DNA of 64,000 nucleotides from positions 1,425 through 65,424 of IMG/VR virus record IMGVR_UViG_2799112723_000003; one strand, given 5' to 3'. Shown here piece after piece: positions 44,079-54,400 of this stretch. This DNA is from a virus. Taxonomy: Duplodnaviria; Caudoviricetes. The position numbers were made by a program, and so were the translations under genes. The first letter of the stretch is position 1. Every line of letters begins with the position of its first letter. A model generated the notes under the pieces. The model was not told the origin of the DNA. It was given only the letters and a program-made list of their open reading frames with translations, and made no database searches.

Positions 44079-44919
44079 CACCCCGCTCATCCAGTTTGCC
44101 GACACACAGCAGACCATGACCTCAATCGAGATTGCAGAGGTCACGGGGAAAAATCATTTCGACGTACTGAAAGCCATCCGAAAGATGGAACCCGCATGGG
44201 TGAAAGTACAAGGAAGCAAATTTACTTGCTTGTTGAGAACCAGCGAGTTACCCAACGGAGGCAAGAAGGAGAACCCCTACTACGTCCTCACCAAGACCGA
44301 GACGCTCTACATTGCCACCAAGTTCAACGACGAGGCACGCGCACGCCTCGTACTCCGATGGGAACAGCTCGAGCGCGAATGCCGGCAGCCAGCACAGCCG
44401 GAGCCTGCTGTCATGATGACCGGCCATCCCGCCGCAAAGAGCTCACGGCGCCAGCTCCTGGTCATGCTCATAGAAGCCGAGGACGAAAACATCCACACCC
44501 GCCAGACACTCGACCGCGTCTGGATGTACAGCAAGGCACTGATGCAGGACATAGACAACCTGCAGGAGCGTGTGCGCCAGCTGGAAAGCCGACAGCCCCT
44601 GCTGCCCGAGCCCGCGGCGGCAAAGGCCGCCACCTACACCGCCACACAACTCGCCGCGGAGTACGGCATGAAGGCCATCGGCTTCAACAACCTCCTGCAA
44701 CAGCTGGGCATACAGCATAATACCGGGGGATGCTGGGCCATAACGCCCGACTATGCCGGACGCGGATACACCCTCACCAAGCAGATCTCCGTACACGACG
44801 AGGGACGTCCCCGCCGCAAGCCCTTCATGGTATGGACCGAACAGGGACGCCGCTTCATCCACGACACGCTCTCGAACAAGGGCATACAGCCCACCGGCAA
44901 GAAAGGAGGTGAATCATGA
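44062..44919 (+). CDS. Rha-family / KilAC (ANT) antirepressor
   Basis: MTSIEIAEVTGKNHFDVLKAIR..YIATKFNDEARARLVLRW; C-terminal TATQLAAEYG..WTEQGRRFI. Confidence 0.85.
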   Translation: MNNPDNTPLIQFADTQQTMTSIEIAEVTGKNHFDVLKAIRKMEPAWVKVQGSKFTCLLRTSELPNGGKKENPYYVLTKTETLYIATKFNDEARARLVLRWEQLERECRQPAQPEPAVMMTGHPAAKSSRRQLLVMLIEAEDENIHTRQTLDRVWMYSKALMQDIDNLQERVRQLESRQPLLPEPAAAKAATYTATQLAAEYGMKAIGFNNLLQQLGIQHNTGGCWAITPDYAGRGYTLTKQISVHDEGRPRRKPFMVWTEQGRRFIHDTLSNKGIQPTGKKGGES

Positions 44920-45140
44920 TTACGATAACCAACATCGGCAACGTGCCGCGCATGGCCATTGCCATCCCTCAGATCAACAGCCGCGACATGGTACACCAGC
45001 TGCGCGACGCACTCCTGGACGTGGTCACCACATGCATAGCCACCGAGGACAACAAGGAAGCCACCGACAGCAGCTCACTACTGCTCGTCCTATATGTGAT
45101 ACACGAACTCAACAAGGACGTCGACGGTCTCCCGCCGTAA
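44916..45140 (+). CDS. Small hypothetical protein
   Basis: Coupled to the antirepressor gene. Confidence 0.6.
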   Translation: MITITNIGNVPRMAIAIPQINSRDMVHQLRDALLDVVTTCIATEDNKEATDSSSLLLVLYVIHELNKDVDGLPP

Positions 45141-45404
45141 ATCGGGTGAGAGGCGCATAATCCTTGCCTCTCTCACCTACATTGTTGCGTCTGTTGTTAT
45201 GTTTTGGTAAAGCACTGACAGCTTCGCGAGAAAAACCATCAGTGCTTGTTGCACTTGGCCCTCCGGAAGTCTCTCGCACTTCTCTTCCATCATAGGGCGC
45301 CACGGGGGTTTCTACGGAATGTCCATTGGTAATCTCTTATACCGCTGCAAAGTTAATAAGATTACCCGAAAAATAACGTCTTTGATTGTTAAATATAAAT
45401 AAAT

Positions 45405-45437
45405 GCTGGCAGCCATCCCTCACGGACAGCTGCCAGC
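45405..45437 (-). terminator. Terminator of the giant gene
   Basis: GCTGGCAGC..GCTGCCAGC stem with a GTGA loop on the minus strand. Confidence 0.65.
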
Positions 45438-45469
45438 CGCAAAATTAACTAAAACAAACTACTAATACA

Positions 45470-48400
45470 TCACTGCTTACTGTCAGGCTTCTTGTTAAGC
45501 TCCAGCCTCTCAATCATAGCCTTTCTTGCTGCACGGATACCTTCCATGACGTATTTGTCACCTTTGCCGCCAAAAAGGGACACTACGTTGCTGTGGACAC
45601 TCTTACGCTGATTGCTGATGGCTTTTGCTTGCTGCTCATTACCTTCTTCGTCTAACTTTTGCTGATAAGCCAATAGCAGCGCATCCTCATAGACATCTTC
45701 GCCCGTTCGCAACTCCTGGTAAAGCCTTTGATGGTCATTCTTCGGCTTGTCGCCATAGGGAGTCTCGCTGGCTCCTGCCTCCTTGGAGATACGCAGTGCT
45801 ATTGCCTTGCGCTTCTCCGCGTCTTCGGTGGCGTCAAATTTTCCAATGGCCAGCTCCAGCGGGTCTTTGCCGCTTTCAAGGGCTGCAATCTCGTCAAGAA
45901 GGTCATTCTTATACATTGATATGCTGGACTTGATATTGGCAAGCGTGTCTTTGTCGGTGGCTTCCTTCTGCTGCTTACGCAGGTTGTCTATCAGCTTCTT
46001 GTACTGGCTGATGACAAGACTTTGCTGATACTCGTCGGATGCCATCAGCTTCTCGAGCTTCTTCTGGGCCTCAGCATCTCCAGCCTTTGCACGCTTCTTC
46101 TTCTTCCTGACGGTATTCAGGAACTCTTCGTTGTCGTTAATCATCTGCCAGTAGTCCTCACCGAGTGCCCCGCTGTTGTCGCGCTCCCACGGGCTGTTGA
46201 CAAATCTGTTCAGGACAGGTATCTGATAGGCATTGGGGGCTTCCTGCCTGGCAACTGTCACGACAACGTCAGCCGACTTGGCAATGGTGTTGTACATACC
46301 GCCCAGATAGCCTTGCAGCAGATGGTTCCACACAGCAGGGTTGTTCAGGTATTGTCCTGCGGCGGTCTTGTCCAGCCATCCGCGACTGTCCTCGTCGCCG
46401 CCTGCAGCCAAGTTGATACCTTCTGACACCTTTGTCATCCATTTGGGAGTACTGGCGTATGCCTTGGTGAACATCGGGTCGTACTTGTTACCCATATTAT
46501 CCTTCCAGATAGGCTTGCCAGTAAAATCGGTGTTGAACGCCACCTGAAGGATGGGCTGTGTGGTGGTGGGCAGGAAGTTGATGACAAGGTTGCCACCGTT
46601 ACCCGTCGGGTTGATGGGAACAAGGTCGGCCACGCTCTCGAGTATTTCCACACCCGTATTCTGATGGGGATGCTCCATGACACCACTTGAAATCATCTCA
46701 CCGACACCATAGAAGACACGGAACTCCTGCGCCAGCGGCATGGTGAAGAAATACTTGGTGCCCGGCACCCAGAATACCAGGTTGTTCTTTCGTACCCAGG
46801 GGGGCAGGTTCCAGTAGGCATCCTTGTCGTCATCGTCACCAAACATATTCAGCAGCCATTGGTTTAAAACAGGCATAAACACACCCATCAGCATGAAGCC
46901 TGCGGCCACACCGCCAAGCTTCAGCGGATGCTTTTTTGCCATACGGTACATATTGGCAAGTGCCTGGATGGCGGGGTTTACGAAGATGTATAGGTCTCTC
47001 AGCTCAGCATTACCCTTTGCTCCCGTTCCCTTACGGTTGAAGTTCAAGGTCACGTCCTTGGCATCTGCAATGGATTCTTCCAATGTCTTACCCATCTGGC
47101 GGCTGGTCATATAAACCATGAAGCGGGTGGCATCCTCTGCACATCGGTTATAGAACTCAAAGGTCTCTCCCAACAGCCTGAACGCCTTGCCGATACTGGT
47201 CTCTTTCACCTTGGCTTTGCTGCCGAATAGTGTAGAGCCGTTCATCTGGCTTATTTCCTTCTGCATCTTCTCCTTGAAGGAGTCGATGGACAGCATGTTC
47301 ACAAAACCAGTCTCGCCGCCTTCGTCCATGAACTCCTTGAACAGTCGCTCAGTCTCATTGCCCGTGTCCAGTTTCCCTTGCTGCCATTTGCGCATCAGGC
47401 TGGGTATTAACCCTGTAGGTTGCTTCGATGCAGGCATCCAACGGCTGCTTTCGCCCAACCTTGGCGTCAACACCTTTGCAATGTTCTTCAGAAACCTTGC
47501 ATTATACGCTGCATTTTCGTTGACAGCCACACTGGCCATGGCCATGTTAAGGTCTCGGCTCAGGTTGGAAATGACAAATGCCGGGTTCTTGGAGGTAAAG
47601 AATGCTGCCATGCTGCGGTTGAGCTCGGCAATCCTTTTACCCCATGTTGTGTCGCTGATACGGCTGACGGCTCTTGCTGCACTGCCGTTCAATGCTTGTG
47701 CGGCCTTGGGATTGCCGTTGATGTACAACTGATAGGTGCGTCCGGCACGCTGCACCTCTACCACATGTTCTGCCTTTTGGCCCTGGGTGGCATTGACATC
47801 TAGTCTTAGCCGGCCTCTCACAGGGATGGCCTTGCCTTCGTTCTGCTTCAGGCGCATCTCTTCGTTGAAGTCACTCACTATCTGGGCTATCTCGTCAGGG
47901 TCTTTGCCTGCTGTGTCAGCAGAACGGAGCACCCATACGGGATGATCGTCTTCTGTACCGATGTTCTCATACCACGATTCACTGATGCTCACCAGACTGG
48001 TAGGATTGTTCATCACATAGTTCAGGAAGTGCTGCTTCATCATGTTACGGTGTCCTGACAGGATGGTACTCACGGCAATATTGCCTATATAGGCCAGCGG
48101 GTCTTCGGCCTTGGAGGTTCGGCCCCAGGTCTTCTTGACGGCTGGAGAAAAGACATTCTCCCTACCCATATAGGTGTAAACGTCTGATGCCTTGTTTTCA
48201 TCCCATCCTCTCAAAGGCAGATAGAAATCAAACATCTTACGTACCTTGTTATAGGTATTACGGTCCATCAGACCACTTTCGTAACTGTGCTTCAGCGTCT
48301 CTTCGGTGGCAGCATTGATACGCTTCCAAAGTTCTGTATGATGACGTAGCACGTCATCACTCTCTGCATCAAACACGCGTTTCTCGGCTTCTTCTCTCGC

Positions 48401-51400
48401 TTGCTCATACGCCTGCTTCATCATGGCATCGTATTCACCCCACAACTCGCGGCGTTCCTGCGGGTCAATAGTCCGCTGGGCTTCCTTCTTGATCTGCTGG
48501 GCGGCATCATACATTTCCTTGTTGAAGGTCTCTGTAAGTCCGGAATAGTCCTTCAGGTATTCATCGTACTTGCCGTCGGTCTCTCTTCTGATGATGTCTT
48601 CTATACGAGTCGTATACTCGTTGTAGCTGATGTCGCCCTTGGCATAGTCTTCTTTGGCTTGCAGATAGTCATCACTGCCTCGCACCTCCTGCATGCGGTC
48701 ATCGACACCGGTCTGCTCCAGCAGGTCTATATCGGCTTTCTTGGATTTATACTCTTTCTCGTCGATACGGTTCTTGGAGTAGTCTTTCTCCAGCTTCTCC
48801 CGCATATCCTTGATGTCTTCTGCCAGCTTGGACTTGACAGCATCACGGAAAGCATAGTACACGTTACGCTCCAGGCCGCTCTTGGCTATCAGGTAGTCCA
48901 TACCTTGCTCATGCGTCAGTTCTTTTGCCTTGCAGAAGTCGTTGAACGCTTTCAGCATGGGGCGGTAATACTGCCAGTCATAGCGTTCTGCCATATTCTT
49001 GGCACGTCCGTGCATACGGTTCTCGAAACGGTAGGCATCCTCTGCACCAGTGGCGGCATTGCCCGTCTCTTTGGCTATGGCATCCTGAATGGCTTTCAGA
49101 CTGGCCATAGAGTCCTGCCATGCTTCCTGCCATTTCAAGCTGCCCTGAGCCACGGCCTTCTCATAAATCTGCCTTGCCATATCCACCGGCACTTCCTCCG
49201 GCTCACCCATGGACTGCCCACGCCTGTACTCTTCAAGACGCTCCGCAAAGTCCATGGCATTCTCGCCAGGCTGGTAGTGCGGACGCTCTGGACTGCCAGT
49301 GCGCTGGAACCTGATATCAGGATTCTCAGGATTGTAGTCACCATTATTCTCAGTGGCACTCTTTACCTGGTTAGGCTCAAAAGCAATAATGGTTTCTGTG
49401 GTTCTGCCAAGACTGCCTTCATCCCTGGCTATCCATATACCATCGTATTCGCTGTTCTTGAAATAATCGTCAACCAGCTCCTTCATTTTGGCAATAGGCT
49501 TGCTCTGAGCCTCTTTCCACTGGTCAACTACATCTTCTGCAGTATCCGATATGGCATTCTGATACTCTTCTTCGGTAATCTCTCCGGCTTTCCACTTATT
49601 CCAGTTTTCGACATCGCGCTCATGGTCAAACTTCATGGCCTCATCGAATTTCTTGGAATATTCCCGGTCTATCTTCTCATACTCTGCAAGAGCCTCCTTG
49701 TATCCTTCAACCTTTGATTGCAGCAGACGGGACAGCTCCTGTCTGTTGGCAACTCTCAAAGGCTTGCGGATATTGGCATACAGGGCCATCTGCTTCGCAC
49801 CGCCAACACCTATGTCTCGCGCTGAAGGTTTCATGAAGATACCGAAAGGCAGCTGATAGTCATTGGTTCCTGCTCCTTTGTGTCTTGGGTCAAACACGGT
49901 AAAGTCGTTGGCTGTCTGGTGATAGACCACCATCGGCTCACCTTCCCTGTCAACTATCTTGGAAGCATTATCGGGATCCTTCTCCCAGTCACCGAAGAAA
50001 TTCTTGAAGTTATCGGAGTGTGTATCACCCTCAACTTTCTGGAATTTTAATGAATTATTCTCATTTTCTTTGCCATTAATGATTACCTGGTCCTCGCGGG
50101 GCACATCCTCGGTCTTTGCGGCTGGATTGTTACGACGCTCCTGCTCGCTCATACCCATACGCTCAGTAACGTTACGGGCCTCCATCTCACCTGCAAGACT
50201 CCGATAAAGGTCACTGGCATCACTCTTGGCAACAGTCTTCAGCTTATAGATGCGGTCTATCTGAGCTGTCAGGTTGTCGTACTTGGCTGCAAGTTCATCA
50301 AGACGATTATTAAGACTTTCTTTAAAGTCCTTAACGGTACGGCCCTCCAACTCGGCATAATCTTTCAACTCGTCTCCAGAGTTAAGTATCTTCTGGTTCA
50401 TCTCGATTTCCTTCATCACGCGCTTGCGCTCGGCCTCCTTCTTATTCATGATGGCCTCCATACCTGCCTCAGTGGTAGCTGTACTCAGGCTGCCACCCTG
50501 GGCAAAACCTTCCTTTTCCTGAATGACATGCTGCACCTCATGCAGCAAGATACCATAGACATTCTCGTTATCCAGCTTCTTGTCACCAAATCGACTGGTC
50601 TCGTTGGCATTCAGCTCAATGGTCTTACCATCGGTACTGCCAGCAATGCCACTCTCAACAGTCGGGTCGAACATCACCTGTACGTTCCTCATCTGGGGAT
50701 AATACTTAAACAGCTCGTTATCCTTACCAAGAAGTTCCTGAAGCTTCAGGATGGGCATAGGGTTCTCTACACCTTCATCTTTCATCTCCTGCAGCTTCTT
50801 CTCATAAGGCGTAAGCACGTCAACATCGGCATCAACGGTTTCGTATCGCCACTTGCCGTCCTTGCCGCGCTCCCAGCCTGTAGCCAATTTGATAGCACGG
50901 ATATCCTTCCCGGCTTTCTCCATCTCTTCAGCCACCTTCATATTGTCCTGGCGCATGGTAGTACCCTCTGCCTCATCAGCCTTCTCTGCACCCTTTCTGC
51001 CTACTAGCTGGTATTTGGGTGCATCGCCCAGTGGCTTGATACCTTCATCAAAGTAGCGGTCTATGTCAGCCAGTACGCGGTTGGGCTTAGCACCATCATA
51101 TTCTACATAGTGGTCGCTGTCCCAACCATCACCAAAGTCAACCTGTACATAACCGTCATTATGTGCTATAAGTTGTCGCAAGGCTTTCTTCTGCTCGTTG
51201 GTGGGCTTCACGGAAAGATTAATAGCTCCGGCATTGTCGTCAATACGGATAGCGCCTCGACGGATAAAGTCGGGCATATCTGTCTCAATGCCTGTCTTGG
51301 TATTGCCATCTCTTTCATAAGCAATGGATTCTACCTCTCTATGGTCTGTAGAGCGTCTGCCTCTTAGGAAACTAGTGTCAGAGCCCGGATTCATCAGATG

Positions 51401-54400
51401 ACGACCAGAGAAATCTGGCATACTGCCATCAGGCAATATATATCCCGCCTCCCTGATATCGTAGGTGGTGCCAAACAACTTCTTAGCAGCATTAAAGATG
51501 GTCTCTGTGCGCTGTTTCTCTTCGTCGCTGGTATAGTCCATCTTCTGACTCTTCAAGCCATCAGAAACTTTAGCATACTGACCCTGCAACGGGTCTATCC
51601 ATGCCACATCAGTCAGGGGAACTTCCTTTGAGTATACCTTACCACCGCCTGCATAGTTTGTTGCTTCCATCTTAGAGGGTGTAACAAAGGCACCATCCTT
51701 GATAGGCTTGCTACTATACACGGTGACAACACCCTTTTCCAGCGCATCTTTCACCATGTCAGCGGTAAAGTCAGGTGTAACACCTTCCTCAGCTGCATAG
51801 CCGTCTTCGTCAACAGCCTCACGGAATGTCTTGATATCGTTGATGGTCCGAATCCAAGTATGTCCTGGCATGTTCACATCATCGGCAGGGTTCTCTTTCA
51901 AGATAATGTCAAGCTGCTGCTGTTTAAGATGTTCTGCACGATTTACCTTTGCTTTCTTAACCTCTTCAACTGGGTTCACGCCATTGAGCATATCGGCCAT
52001 GATGCGGTCTGCAATCTGGTTGGCATTGCGGTACTTCCAGCCCATCATCTTGGCCACACCTTCCCAGAACTGGTTCAGGACGTTCTTCAGACGCTGCATG
52101 GCGGTCATGGCCTCAGCCTTGCCGAAGACGCCGCCACGCTCGGCTGCAACCTCGTTGGCAATCTCACGCAGACGCTCTGCACCGCGCTTGCCTGAGAACT
52201 GGGTGATAATCTCTTCAATGAAATCATCTTCCTTCCCTTCCTGGGTAAGCTCCGGGTAGTCGCGCTTCACCTTCTCGATGATAGGCTGCACCAGCTTGTC
52301 GCCCAGCATCACCTGCTTGATGTTGTTCCACTCTTCAGGAGCTGTCTGACGTTTCATCTCAACCCAAAGGTGACTGTATTCGTGTACAGGTGTCTCAGAG
52401 GTAGCGATACGCGGGTCAATGTATATCTTGCCCTTATAAGTGTAGCCGTAGGCATGCCCGTCAGGAGTCTTGAAGAACTTTCTTTCAGAATCTTTGGCGG
52501 TTTCGGAATTTTGTTGTACCTTTGCACCCGAAGAAGCATTCAAATCATTTGTCCGTGCGCCTTCGGGCGTGTCGCCGTTTGGCATCTGCGGGGTTTGATT
52601 TGATGCTTTATCAGAGGCATTGTTAGCATCTGCTTGTGCGCTTAATTGCGTGTTCGTATGACCATTGGCTTTGTCAATGAGACGAGCGGTAGAGTCTTCT
52701 ACTGTGAGACGAGCGGCTGACGATGCTTTTCTGTTTGTATAGAAATCAACCTGCTCCGAAAGATTTTCGTCTTTCTTGACATCACTTCCCAAAATATTTC
52801 GTACCTTTGCATCTGAAAGAACTGCTCCCAGGTCTTCACGACTAAACGTAGGGTTGGCTTGCGTAGCGTCGGAGTGAGTACTAACCTCGCCGTCAGCACC
52901 AGTTTTTTCATCTTTTTTCCAACCGTTAAACAGCCAAGTTTCTTTTTCACCAAACCTTGTAAGAGCAAGCAGTGCTTCATACTCGCCGTCAGTCAGGACT
53001 ACGGTTTTGTTACCTGGCACATAGCGGTCAATCTTTCCGTCAGCAATGACGTTCAACACTCTTAGAAGCGTGTCGGCACCATGCTTGCCGCCAATATGGG
53101 CAATGCCATAGCCGCCCTTGTAATTTTCCTCAGGATTGCCAGTCTTACCATAGTAGAAAGTGATGTTGTTGTCGCCTCCATACTGGGAAAGGTCATCACG
53201 GGTCATAGCATTTGGCACACTTTCCTCTCCATCAGCAATCCTCTGAAGGGCATCCATACCGTTCTCAATGTTCTTCCTGACGGCCATCTGCTTCAGATCA
53301 TGCGAACCATTGTAATCATCCAGCACTTTCTGGCCTTCCTCCCAGTCCGTGGACACATCTATCCCGGCCTCCTTCATCTTCTCGACTACGGCATCCCTCA
53401 GCACCGTCTCACGCCTGCTTGCGGCATAAACTCTGCCACTGACTTTGTGATCGTCGGTGTTGTTGCTATTCTTTCCATTGTCCAGCCTCGTCTTAGCCTG
53501 CTCTTCAGTGTTTTGCAATTCAGATTGAGTTCCCTCGCCCAATCTGCCGTTTTCATCGTTCTGCCCTGATATGTCACCATTCTGGAGTTGGCCTTGATCC
53601 CGTCCGGAGTTTCCAGCGTTCTCTCCACGCTCCAATGGTAAGTCAGGATTCTGGATTTTATTCTTTTCAGCGGGAGCCCCGTTTCCTCTGCCCACTGCCG
53701 CATTGACATCGTTCTGCCCTTGTATGTCAGATAATGTGCCGTCCTTCGGTTCTGAGACTGGGTTATCCAATCTGTCCACCTGCAATTCTCCTTGCAGTAG
53801 CCCTTGTTTACGTCGATTCTGTCCAGAGTCGCCTTGGGGTATGGACGCCTGCCCATATCCTCCAGAAACCTCGGGAAGCTCTCTATCCATTCCTGACAGA
53901 CGGTTATCCCCCGTCCCCCGTAGTACTTGTACCTCTTGTTGTTCGGGTTCAGGCATCTTCCCTTCATCTGCAACCATAGTTGATACTCCGGGATATATCT
54001 TAGCCCATGCTCCGTCCTCTTTATACGTCCCATTCTGTTTTCCATTTTTCAGCCAGTCTTTAAATGATTCCATATCTGTTTCTATCAGCGAATCCATGCC
54101 GTTCCATCCTTCCTCATAGTTAGAAAGATAGGCATTGGATGCCTGAGATGCATTCTCAAATCCCAGAAGCACTTTCAGCTCGTCAAATTTCCAGACTCCA
54201 TTGACTTTTTTCCGTTGCTGTACTATAAAAACCTTGTCCGGATGAGTGGGATCGTCTGACAGGAACACATCTATATGGTCCTTGTCGGCTCCCTCCGTAC
54301 CCCTGATATACCCGTAGGTATTGTGCATTTCGGTTTCCCATGGCTTGCCACTAGCATCAGTACCGCGACGGATACTGCCCTTCGGATTCTCGATAGTAAT

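Noticed and set aside
45363-45372. TACCCGAAAA matching the complement of the att-region 10-bp unit
   Set aside because: Single 10-mer copy, not distinguishable from chance.
51944-51951. Fourth antisense TACCTTTG promoter in the giant gene
   Set aside because: No convincing -33 element at the right spacing; explained by AKV codons.
52699-52980. Third nested alternative-frame gene in the giant ORF
   Set aside because: The host frame here carries a domain-like sequence and the alternative product looks like a shadow.
53398-54045. Group I intron or intein explanation for the nested HNH
   Set aside because: There is little room for an intron core outside the HNH ORF. The host frame lacks intein termini (Cys/Ser start, His-Asn end), and the nuclease motifs are in the other frame. 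Judged unlikely but not excluded without RT-PCR.
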